This document shows, piece by piece, positions 8,130-15,633 of a DNA stretch of 32,000 bases. The DNA is from Arthrobacter sp. Bi83 (GTDB taxonomy: Bacteria; Actinomycetota; Actinomycetes; Actinomycetales; Micrococcaceae): contig NZ_CAKKLY010000020.1 in the NCBI RefSeq assembly GCF_918698095.1, forward strand, positions 1-32,000, given 5' to 3'. Position 1 is the stretch's first letter. Each line of letters begins with the position of its first letter. Under the pieces are notes generated by a model. The model did no database searches. It was not told the DNA's origin and saw nothing but the letters and a program-made list of their open reading frames with translations. The position numbers were made by a program, and so were the translations under genes.

Positions 8130-8723
8130 TTAGGTTCTGATGGAAGAGTGCCGGACACTGTGCCGGGCAACGAGCGAGCCGACGGCTTCCACTGCCCGCG
8201 GAACGGCGGCCGCAACCGTGGCGGAGAGGCCGAGGCCTTCTGTCACGTCCGCGGGAACGCAGCCCACCACATAAGTGAGGGGCAGCTCTCCGCCGAGGGA
8301 CCGGAGGCGGCCAAGGACGGCTACCGGGTCCATGCCATGCGGGTCGAGGGAAGCGGCGCCGTCCAGATCCTCGCTACGTACATGCAGAACCCGGATGCTT
8401 CCCGGGGCTGACTCCGAAGGCGGTTCGCGTGCCGCTGACGGGTCCGGGTCCGCTGGTCCCGCTGCGTGCAGGTGCCCGTCAGGCGGCACCGCATCCACGA
8501 GCACCAAAACGTCCACGCCGCCCAGCAGGTCGTAGGCCAGATGCATGCCCCGAATGCCGTAGTCGACCACCGTTACGCCCGGCATCGGCAGGGCTGCCTC
8601 CGCGGCCAGCCTCCGTGCGACCTCCGGACCGAACCCGTCGTCACGCAGGAAGATGTTGCCCACTCCGGCCACGAGGACACGGACCGCGGGGGAGGTGGTG
8701 GGGGGCTGGATGCCGGACGTCAC
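8130..8723 (-). CDS. hupD: Hydrogenase maturation endopeptidase (HupD/HyaD/HybD family)
   Basis: Contains VLVAGVGNIFLRDDGFGPEVA (GxGNxxxxDDGxG) and DPHGMDP. Start is assigned to GTG 8723, which forms a GTGA overlap with the upstream micro-ORF stop. The longer ORF-track version to 9053 overlaps two upstream genes. Confidence 0.85.
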   Translation of the reverse strand: MTSGIQPPTTSPAVRVLVAGVGNIFLRDDGFGPEVARRLAAEAALPMPGVTVVDYGIRGMHLAYDLLGGVDVLVLVDAVPPDGHLHAAGPADPDPSAAREPPSESAPGSIRVLHVRSEDLDGAASLDPHGMDPVAVLGRLRSLGGELPLTYVVGCVPADVTEGLGLSATVAAAVPRAVEAVGSLVARHSVRHSSIRT

Positions 8724-8839
8724 ATCCGGCGCACCTTCATGTAGCGCTGGATGTCCGGGACGGAGCGAAGCCCCACGTAAACAGCGCCGAGGGCTACCGC
8801 CGCGAGAACCCAAACGGTGGCCATTCCTACAATTCTCAT
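8720..8839 (-). CDS. 39-aa single-pass membrane micro-protein (absent from the ORF track)
   Basis: Hand translation gives MRIVGMATVWVLAAVALGAVYVGLRSVPDIQRYMKVRRM*. ATG 8839 forms an ATGA overlap with the upstream gene stop (8836-8838). Its TGA (8720-8722) forms a GTGA overlap with the endopeptidase start. GGAAAGGAAGG lies 6 nt upstream. One hydrophobic helix is followed by a basic tail. Confidence 0.7.
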   Translation of the reverse strand: MRIVGMATVWVLAAVALGAVYVGLRSVPDIQRYMKVRRM

Positions 8840-10332
8840 CGCGGGCCTTCCTTTCCATCCTGATCCTGAAACCGGGGACTTGTTCCGGGCGGCATGGGTT
8901 CCAACGGTTCAAGTTCTTCCGGCGCGTAGTAGAAGGACCTGCCGTAACCCTCATGGAGGTCCGCAGCCGGGTCCTGCTCGAGCACCAAGCCAACGTGGGT
9001 GCTGCCATCGACGTCGAAGTGGACGCTCGTGACGCGCCCCGTTTGCCCGGCAAAAAACAGATCCTGGGCGTCCGCCCGCCGGGTGGGATTCACCCTGACC
9101 CGGCTGCCGCGCGACACCGGGACCCCGTTGATCAGGACCGCGTCTTTGTCCGGCTGGACACTGGCGTCCGCCTCGGGGTCCCACCACGGTCTATCACCGG
9201 CGGTCTCATCGCCGGGTGTGGCGTAAAGCGGCGGCCCGTCCGACGGCGGACGGCCCTCCGGCGCAGGGCCCGGGTCACCCAGCGCACGGGGATTACGCAG
9301 GATGCCATGCAGTTGCTGCAGTTCCTCGGCGGACATCGCTTCGCAGCGGTCGATGATCGCCGCCGCACGCGGATCCGTGGCACGGGCTTCCGCTTTTTCC
9401 TCCTCCGTCAGGGTCAGCACCCGCAGCGTGAGGATCTCGTCGATCTCGGTGGAGTCATACAGTGCCACCGAACTTTCCGGCGCTACCGCAGGATGGTCGT
9501 AGAGAATGATGGGGGAAACAAGAAGTACGTCCGTCTGGCCTTCCGGACCGGCCAGCACAGGCCAGCAGCGGTGCTGGGAGCACTCCGAGGCGGCATCCTG
9601 TGCGTCCTGGGGCGGCTCGAGCAGGGAGAGGAAATCCCCGTCCCTCAGGTCCAACAGCAGGTGGGTACCGATGAACGATGCGGCGATGGCGCTGTGACTG
9701 TTGCCCCGCCCGCGGACGTCCGATGCTGCGAAGTCCGTGGCCGTGTTCGCCGCCGACACCCGAAGCCGCACCAGCCGGCCGGTGACGGCGGTGGTTTCAA
9801 GCCTGACTTCACCCCGGAGTGCCCGGCGGCGGCGTACCAGCCGTCCGGCGGACTGCCCCGTCGGCCTTCCCCTGCCGTCGGTAAGTTCCTCGATGTCCTG
9901 GCCTGCCGGGACCTCCACCGGCACGATCAGCGGTGAGTCGGCCCCCGTCAGCTGCGAGAGCGGAAAGGGCCCCAGGGTTATGTCCTGTTCCACTGCCTCA
10001 TCCCAGCTGATCCAGTGAGCGGTACCGATGGTGAGCTCATCCACCGGACTGAACCCGCCGCCGTCGTCCGCTTTTTCCGCGGTGCGCGTCTGAAGCTGCA
10101 GGAAGCGCAGATGCACTTCCACCTCGGCCTGCGGCCCGCGGCTCAGCAGGCAGTCGGCGTACATGCCGGGTTCTTCCCCGGCACCCGAGTCCGCCGCACC
10201 CGGCGGGCCGAGGATGCCAAACTGCCAGCGCGCCTGGTTCTTCTGCGACGAGGCGCGGTAGGGGTACAACAGGTAACCCTCGTAAAGGACGGCATCCGCC
10301 ACCGCCCTGGCAAGGCTCAGACTCATGTTCAT
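8836..10332 (-). CDS. Conserved hypothetical protein, 498 aa, hydrogenase-operon associated
   Basis: ATG 10332 (MNMSLSLARAVADAVLYEGYLLYPYRASSQKNQARWQFGILGP...) forms an ATGA overlap with the upstream stop (10329-10331). High GC3. I recognise no catalytic motif. The ORF-track start at 10455 adds an Arg/Gly-rich extension overlapping the upstream gene. Confidence 0.8.
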   Translation of the reverse strand: MNMSLSLARAVADAVLYEGYLLYPYRASSQKNQARWQFGILGPPGAADSGAGEEPGMYADCLLSRGPQAEVEVHLRFLQLQTRTAEKADDGGGFSPVDELTIGTAHWISWDEAVEQDITLGPFPLSQLTGADSPLIVPVEVPAGQDIEELTDGRGRPTGQSAGRLVRRRRALRGEVRLETTAVTGRLVRLRVSAANTATDFAASDVRGRGNSHSAIAASFIGTHLLLDLRDGDFLSLLEPPQDAQDAASECSQHRCWPVLAGPEGQTDVLLVSPIILYDHPAVAPESSVALYDSTEIDEILTLRVLTLTEEEKAEARATDPRAAAIIDRCEAMSAEELQQLHGILRNPRALGDPGPAPEGRPPSDGPPLYATPGDETAGDRPWWDPEADASVQPDKDAVLINGVPVSRGSRVRVNPTRRADAQDLFFAGQTGRVTSVHFDVDGSTHVGLVLEQDPAADLHEGYGRSFYYAPEELEPLEPMPPGTSPRFQDQDGKEGPR

Positions 10333-11030
10333 GGGACCAGGCTTCCTGCCACACCGTCTCCGGCCGCGCCGTCGCCCGGCACCCGGGCGGCCGCGCCGTC
10401 GCCCGGCACCCGGGCGGCTGCAGTAGCCAGCAGGCTTTCGACGGCGGCATCCCACGATGTGAGGCCGCGTGCGGACTTGTACTGCGCCAGGGCGGCCAGC
10501 ACGTCCCGGTCCAGCCGGACCCAGCCGGCATTCGGGAAATACTGGTCCATCAGCCGGCGCCAGGCATCCACAGGCAGCCGGTAGGAAGCCTCGCGGTCCC
10601 AGGGCACTTGTTCTACGCCGAACCCCGTCTGCCCCTTGGTGAAGACGGTGCCGGAGAACAGCAGCTCCAGCGGAATTTCGCCCTCGCGGAGGGCATGCAG
10701 GTACTTGGCCGCGGCAACGTCGAAGTCAAAGGTGCAGGGCAGCGGCAGGTCGAATTCGGTGCTCCCCGTGAAGCCCTGCACCATGGTGCTGCATTGCATC
10801 CAGAGGAAGGACTTGAGGGTTGTGGGCCACCGGCCGCGGCCGCCGAAAAGGTCGAGCAGCCCTTGCTCTTCTTCGTCCGCGTACCCGCGGCGCTGCGGGA
10901 GAATGCGGACCTGGCACCGCAGGGCGATGGCGTGCACGGCGGCCCCGGTGACCTCGGTCAGCCGCAGCCGGGCTGTAAGTTGTGGTGCCGCCGCGTACGG
11001 CTCGGGCCGGATATCAACGACGGCGAACAT
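10329..11030 (-). CDS. Conserved hypothetical protein (recalled as DUF6084-like, unverified)
   Basis: 233 aa from ATG 11030 (MFAVVDIRPEPYAAAPQLTARLRL...), 8 nt after the upstream stop (11039-11041). The C-terminus carries a perfect 27-bp tandem duplication (AARVPGDGA twice). Confidence 0.8.
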   Translation of the reverse strand: MFAVVDIRPEPYAAAPQLTARLRLTEVTGAAVHAIALRCQVRILPQRRGYADEEEQGLLDLFGGRGRWPTTLKSFLWMQCSTMVQGFTGSTEFDLPLPCTFDFDVAAAKYLHALREGEIPLELLFSGTVFTKGQTGFGVEQVPWDREASYRLPVDAWRRLMDQYFPNAGWVRLDRDVLAALAQYKSARGLTSWDAAVESLLATAAARVPGDGAAARVPGDGAAGDGVAGSLVP

Positions 11031-11038
11031 CAGCTCGG

Positions 11039-11722
11039 TCACGGGAGGCCTCCGGGCACGGGTTTGCTGCGGCTGCTGATCCGGCTGAAGAACGCGGCGA
11101 GCTGGTCGCGGGCCTCCTGGCCGCCGTCGAAACCCCGCCAGCGGCGGCGGAGCTGGCCGACCAGTTCGTAGCACGCGTCGACGGGGACAAGGTGGCAGTC
11201 TGCCTGCGGTTGCGTGGGCCCGGGACCGCGGATCAGGAGGGCTTCGGTGTCCGGGGCGGCCAGGGACAGCGCGGGATTGCGCGCGAGCACGGCGTCCCAG
11301 GCGTCCAACGGCAGCTCCGATTCGGTGGCCCCGGCGGGCCCGGGGTAGAAGGCGACGGTCCGGTCAAGCCTGGAGCTGCGGAAGAAGAAGGCCAGGCCCA
11401 CCGGAATTTCCAGTTCATCCCACTGTCCCGGGCCCAGCTCGAAGTCGGGAAAGGAGAAGTATCTGTCCGGTACCGAGCGGTAGCGGAGGTGGGCGTTGCT
11501 GTCGGTGAAGAGGAGATAGCAGGGGCGGCAGGTGCACATCATGGCGTGGCTCTCGAGGTCCACCACGTGCTGGTGCACGTCCGCGATGGGCTCACCGCAC
11601 ATCTCGCAGCGTTCACCGGGCGGGCCTGCAGGACGGCTGGCGGAGATCCTGCGGAGCAGGGCCACCGGCAGGCCGCCCGAACTGCCGGCGCCGACAGGCC
11701 GGGTCAGCCGCCCGGTCCCCAT
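11039..11722 (-). CDS. Conserved hypothetical Cys-motif protein (recalled as DUF5947-like, unverified)
   Basis: 227 aa. ATG 11722 lies 1 nt after the hhyE-like stop (11724-11726). Contains CEMCGEP...(18 aa)...CTCRPC, suggesting a metal-binding or zinc-ribbon-like site. Confidence 0.8.
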   Translation of the reverse strand: MGTGRLTRPVGAGSSGGLPVALLRRISASRPAGPPGERCEMCGEPIADVHQHVVDLESHAMMCTCRPCYLLFTDSNAHLRYRSVPDRYFSFPDFELGPGQWDELEIPVGLAFFFRSSRLDRTVAFYPGPAGATESELPLDAWDAVLARNPALSLAAPDTEALLIRGPGPTQPQADCHLVPVDACYELVGQLRRRWRGFDGGQEARDQLAAFFSRISSRSKPVPGGLP

Positions 11723-11723
11723 C

Positions 11724-12716
11724 TCAGCCGCCCTGCCCGGAGGCGACGGGTTCGGCGGCGCCCTGCCCGGAGGTGGCGGGTCCGGAAGTGGCCGGTACGG
11801 CGACGGACATCACGCCGCCCCGGACCAGCAGGGGCAACGGCTCCAGGTGCAGGTTCCTGTCCTCGAGGCACGCACCGGCCTGCCTGACATCGAAATGGCC
11901 GCGGCAGGTCGGGCAGCGCAGCAAACCTCCGCCAACTGGCGCCGCGAGGGCACGCTGCAGCGCCGCTCCCGCCATCGAACCGGTGCAGCGCGGGCAATAG
12001 TCGCGGTAGGCGTACACGTCCTGGCCGGTCCGGCAGGCCAGCACCGGGTAGCCGCCGACGAGGAAGCCCGCAACGTCGCCGGGTTCCAGCCCGGCGATCT
12101 CGGGGACAGGTTCCCAGGAACCGCCGGGAAGGTCCCGCCAGCCATGCCCGGCTGTTGCCTCCGCGGGATGGTTCATCCGCACCAGCAGCGCATCCACCGG
12201 GATCAACGCAGGCGTGGCAGCCTGCTTCTCCTGCTCGACGACCTCGATGGCCGTCACCTCCGGCGCGGCGGATTCAATCGCCTCCTCGACGGCGAACTTG
12301 AGCGTGACGGACGACGACGGGCAGCCCTGGCAGGTGCCGAGCAGCTTCAGCCGCACCACGCCCTCCGGGCTGATATCCATCAGTTCGACGTCACCGCCAT
12401 GGGACCCAAGATACGGCCGGACGCTGTCCAGCGCCGCGGCTACACGGGCTTCCATGGACTGCGGATGCAGCCCGTGGATCACCAGCAGGCTGGACACGAG
12501 GTCGTCGGATGTCAGCGCCGCGAGGGTGCCGTCGTCGAGTTTTCCGCGTTCGTCGAGGATTTCCAGCATCCGTTCCAGACCCGAGCCGTACAGGTCCGTC
12601 ACCTCGCGGACCAGGTCCTCGGCGCGCTCGCGGGCAACTGCGCCGCCGGCGCCGAGGGCGTCGAGGAGGGTGCCGATCCGGTCGCCCGTCTGCCGCGGCC
12701 GGTCCCCGCCGTGCAT
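11724..12716 (-). CDS. hhyE: NifU-C-domain / 4-Cys fusion protein, putative hydrogenase electron-transfer or Fe-S protein (HhyE-like)
   Basis: 330 aa. Contains the NifU C-terminal-like motif LLGTCQGCPSSSVTLK and a C-terminal module with CPRC...(27 aa)...CPTCRGH. Starts 5 nt after the hhyL stop. Confidence 0.75.
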   Translation of the reverse strand: MHGGDRPRQTGDRIGTLLDALGAGGAVARERAEDLVREVTDLYGSGLERMLEILDERGKLDDGTLAALTSDDLVSSLLVIHGLHPQSMEARVAAALDSVRPYLGSHGGDVELMDISPEGVVRLKLLGTCQGCPSSSVTLKFAVEEAIESAAPEVTAIEVVEQEKQAATPALIPVDALLVRMNHPAEATAGHGWRDLPGGSWEPVPEIAGLEPGDVAGFLVGGYPVLACRTGQDVYAYRDYCPRCTGSMAGAALQRALAAPVGGGLLRCPTCRGHFDVRQAGACLEDRNLHLEPLPLLVRGGVMSVAVPATSGPATSGQGAAEPVASGQGG

Positions 12717-12721
12717 GGCCG

Positions 12722-14518
12722 TTACTCGCCGGTCAGGGTCTGGGTGGGTGAGTGCATCGTCTCAAGTGTTTGGCCGTTGCCCAGATACATGTGGACGCCG
12801 CAGGGGAGGCACGGGTCAAAGCTGCGGACGGTGCGCATGATGTCGATGCCTTTGAAGTGTTCCCGGTCGTTCTCCTCGAAGATCGGCTGACCCTGCACGG
12901 CATCCTCGTATGGGCCGGCCACGCCCGCCGAGTCTGTGGGGCTGGCGTTCCACGGCGTGGGCGGGTAGGGATGGTAGTTGGCGATCTTGCCGTCGCGGAT
13001 CACCATGTGGTGCGACAGGACGCCGCGCACAGCCTCGGTGAAGCCGCAGCTGATTGCTTCGTCCGGGACCTCGAAGGTTTCCCAGGTCTTGGTGTGGCCG
13101 GCGCGGATTTCCTCCAGTGCCTTTTCCGCGAAGTGCAGCGCGGCTGCGGCGGCATACGCCTGGAAGTAGGTGCGGGCCCGGTTGCGCTCCAGCGTGTTGC
13201 TCCACTGCGGGATGTTCCACTCGAAGGAAACAGGACCCTTCAGCGCGGTCTTGGGCAGGTTGATCTGGACGCTCGTGCCGGTGGACTTGATGTAGCCGAT
13301 GTCCACCAGCCCGGCCAGCGCCGTTGCCCAGAGGCGCGCCAGCGGCCCGCCGCCGGTGTCCAGCGCCAGGTTGTTCTGGCCGTCAAACCAGCGCGGGGAC
13401 ATGACCCAGCTGTACTTTTCCGCGAGGTCCCGCTTCTGCGGCCGCGGATTGGTGTGCTGGTTCCAGGGATGCCGCCGGTCCACCGGGTTGCCCAGTGGAT
13501 CGTGGGTCACGAACATCTCCTGGTCTTCCCAGTCCTCGTAGTAGGAGGAGCCAAGCATGATCCGGATGCCCAGGTTGATCCGCACCAGGTCCGTGGTGAC
13601 CAGGTTGCCGTCCACCACGACGCCCGGGGTGACGAACATCTTCCGGCCCCATTCGGTCATGTCCTTGTACTCGAAATTGCAGTAGTCGGGGTCCTGGAGC
13701 GAGCCCCAGCAGCCCAGCAGCGTGCGCCGCAGCCCCACCTGTTCGTACCCCGGCAGCGCCTCGTAGAAGAAGTCGAAAAGGTCGTCATGCATGGGGACGA
13801 CTTTCTTCATGAACTCCACGTACCGCATGAGCCGCGTGATGTAGTCCGTCATCAGCTGGATGGTGGCAACTGTACCCACGCCGCCCGGGTAGAGCGTGGA
13901 AGGGTGCACGTGGCGCCCCTCCATGAGGCAGAACATTTCGCGGGTTGCCCGGCTGACCTGCAGCGCCTCCCGGTAGAACTCGCCGGTGAAGGGGTTCAGC
14001 GAGCGCATGATGTCGGCGATGGTCCGGTAGCCGTGCTCGCCCTCGTGCGGTGCCCGGGTGTTTTCCGCCTTGGCCAGGACGCCGGGGTTGGTCTCGGACA
14101 CCATCTTTTCGCAGTAGTCCACGCCCACCAGGTTTTCCTGGAAGATGTTGTGGTCGAACATGTACTCAGCCGCTTCGCCCAGGTTCACTATCCACTCACC
14201 CAGGTTTGGCGGCTTCACCCCGTACGCCATGTTCTGCGCATAGCAGGAACAGGTGGCGTGGTTGTCCCCGCAAATTCCGCAGATGCGGCTGGTGATGAAA
14301 TGGGCGTCCCGGGGGTCCTTGCCCTTCATGAAGATGGAGTAGCCCCGGAAGATCGAGGACGTGCTCTTGCACTCCACCACCTGGTTGTTCGCGAAATCGA
14401 TCTTGGTGTAGATGCCGAGGCTGCCGACGATCCTCGTGATCGGGTCCCAGGCCATCTCCACCAGGTTGTTGTTGTTGTCCGCGCCGCTCCGGGAAGGCAT
14501 TGGAATCGTGGAGGTCAT
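12722..14518 (-). CDS. hhyL: [NiFe]-hydrogenase large subunit, group 1h (formerly group 5) high-affinity type
   Basis: 598 aa. N-terminal metal-binding motif TSRICGICGDNH and C-terminal SFDPCLPCGVH, followed by a 22-aa extension (MYLGNGQ...TGE) of the kind removed by the endopeptidase. Confidence 0.93.
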   Translation of the reverse strand: MTSTIPMPSRSGADNNNNLVEMAWDPITRIVGSLGIYTKIDFANNQVVECKSTSSIFRGYSIFMKGKDPRDAHFITSRICGICGDNHATCSCYAQNMAYGVKPPNLGEWIVNLGEAAEYMFDHNIFQENLVGVDYCEKMVSETNPGVLAKAENTRAPHEGEHGYRTIADIMRSLNPFTGEFYREALQVSRATREMFCLMEGRHVHPSTLYPGGVGTVATIQLMTDYITRLMRYVEFMKKVVPMHDDLFDFFYEALPGYEQVGLRRTLLGCWGSLQDPDYCNFEYKDMTEWGRKMFVTPGVVVDGNLVTTDLVRINLGIRIMLGSSYYEDWEDQEMFVTHDPLGNPVDRRHPWNQHTNPRPQKRDLAEKYSWVMSPRWFDGQNNLALDTGGGPLARLWATALAGLVDIGYIKSTGTSVQINLPKTALKGPVSFEWNIPQWSNTLERNRARTYFQAYAAAAALHFAEKALEEIRAGHTKTWETFEVPDEAISCGFTEAVRGVLSHHMVIRDGKIANYHPYPPTPWNASPTDSAGVAGPYEDAVQGQPIFEENDREHFKGIDIMRTVRSFDPCLPCGVHMYLGNGQTLETMHSPTQTLTGE

Positions 14519-14545
14519 TTTTCTCGCCTGTCTGGAAGTGGGTGG

Positions 14546-15604
14546 TTACCAGGTGCGCTGCGCGCCGGTAAGGAGCTCGCGTCCGGGCCGGCGCCATTTC
14601 GGCTCCTGGTCCAGGGTGTGGGTGGTGATGCCGCGCAACGCCCGGATGGCGGATCCGTAAGGCCGGATGGTGTTGGTGGAGAGTTTTCCGCCCGGAGGCT
14701 CGTCCATGAAGGGCATGAACTTGTCCGGGAAGCCGGGCATAGTGCAGCCGATGCAGATGCCGCCGACGTTCGGGCAGCCGCCGATGCCGTTCATCCAGCC
14801 CCGCTTCGGTACGTTGCACTTGACCACCGGGCCCCAGCAGCCGAGTTTGACGATGCACTTGGGGGAGCCGTATTCGGTGGCGAAGTCGCCCTGCTCGTAG
14901 TACCCGGCACGGTCGCAGCCCTCGTGGACTGTCTTGCCGAACAGCCAGGTGGGCCGGAGCGCGTCGTCCAGCGGAATCATCGGTGCCTGGCCAGTGGCCT
15001 GGTACAGCAGGTAAGTCATGGTCTCGGAGAGATTGTCCGGCTGGATCGGGCAGCCCGGGACGCAGACAATCGGGATGCCTGCCTTCGATCTCCAGTCATA
15101 GCCGAGGTAGTCCGGGACTCCCATGGCGCCTGTTGGGTTCCCCGCCATCGCGTGGATCCCGCCGTACGTGGCGCACGTGCCGGCCGCAATGATTGCGGTG
15201 GCTTTCGGCGCCAGGCGGTCCAGCCATTCGCTCGTGGTGATGGGCTGGCCCGTCTCGAGATCGTTGCCGAACCCGCACCAGTAGCCGCCGGGGTCGTGGA
15301 GTTTTTCGTTGGGGATGGACCCCTCGACCACCAGGACGAACGGTTCCAGTTCCCCACGGTCCGCCTTGCGGAACCACTCCAGGAAGTCGTCGGCTCCTTC
15401 CTGGGGTCCGCACTCGAAGTCGATCAGGGGCCAGTGCATGGCAATCCGCGGCAGACCGGGCAGGGCGCCGAGGGCGATCTCTTCGACGCTGGGCTGTGTG
15501 GCCGCCGTCAAGGCAACTGAATCGCCGTCGCAGCTAAGTCCGGCGTTGATCCACAGCACGTGAATAAGGGCTTCTTCGGCCTTGATGGATGCTTCGGTAG
15601 GCAT
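14546..15604 (-). CDS. hhyS: [NiFe]-hydrogenase small subunit, group 1h, no Tat signal
   Basis: Contains LSCDGDS, GTCATYGG, VPGCPIQPDN, KLGCWGPVVKCNVP and CPNVGGICIGC. ATG 15604 is preceded by GAAAGAGG. The ORF-track TTG 15637 overlaps the hypB stop and is less likely. The N-terminus has no RRxFxK twin-arginine motif. Confidence 0.92.
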   Translation of the reverse strand: MPTEASIKAEEALIHVLWINAGLSCDGDSVALTAATQPSVEEIALGALPGLPRIAMHWPLIDFECGPQEGADDFLEWFRKADRGELEPFVLVVEGSIPNEKLHDPGGYWCGFGNDLETGQPITTSEWLDRLAPKATAIIAAGTCATYGGIHAMAGNPTGAMGVPDYLGYDWRSKAGIPIVCVPGCPIQPDNLSETMTYLLYQATGQAPMIPLDDALRPTWLFGKTVHEGCDRAGYYEQGDFATEYGSPKCIVKLGCWGPVVKCNVPKRGWMNGIGGCPNVGGICIGCTMPGFPDKFMPFMDEPPGGKLSTNTIRPYGSAIRALRGITTHTLDQEPKWRRPGRELLTGAQRTW

Positions 15605-15633
15605 CGGTGCCTCTTTCGGTGGCCCGTGAGGGC

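Noticed and set aside
8724-9053. Long form of the endopeptidase (start 9053 or ATG 8858), and long forms of the 498-aa (10455) and DUF6084-like (11174) genes
   Set aside because: The extensions overlap the preceding genes by tens to hundreds of nt and are Arg/Gly/Pro-rich. The shorter starts give ATGA/GTGA couplings and begin at conserved-looking N-termini.
8653-9936. 427-aa plus-strand ORF, and similar long antisense ORFs at 11532-12890, 10982-11887, 29063-30256 and 29944-31065
   Set aside because: All overlap better-supported genes on the opposite strand or in another frame. They have no recognisable motifs and show shadow-frame composition.
12752-15520. 922-aa ORF on the plus strand opposite hhyL and hhyS
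   Set aside because: It lies entirely antisense to two genes with unmistakable hydrogenase motifs. The translation is Arg/Gly/Ala/Val-rich and low complexity with no motifs. This is typical shadow-ORF behaviour in high-GC DNA.
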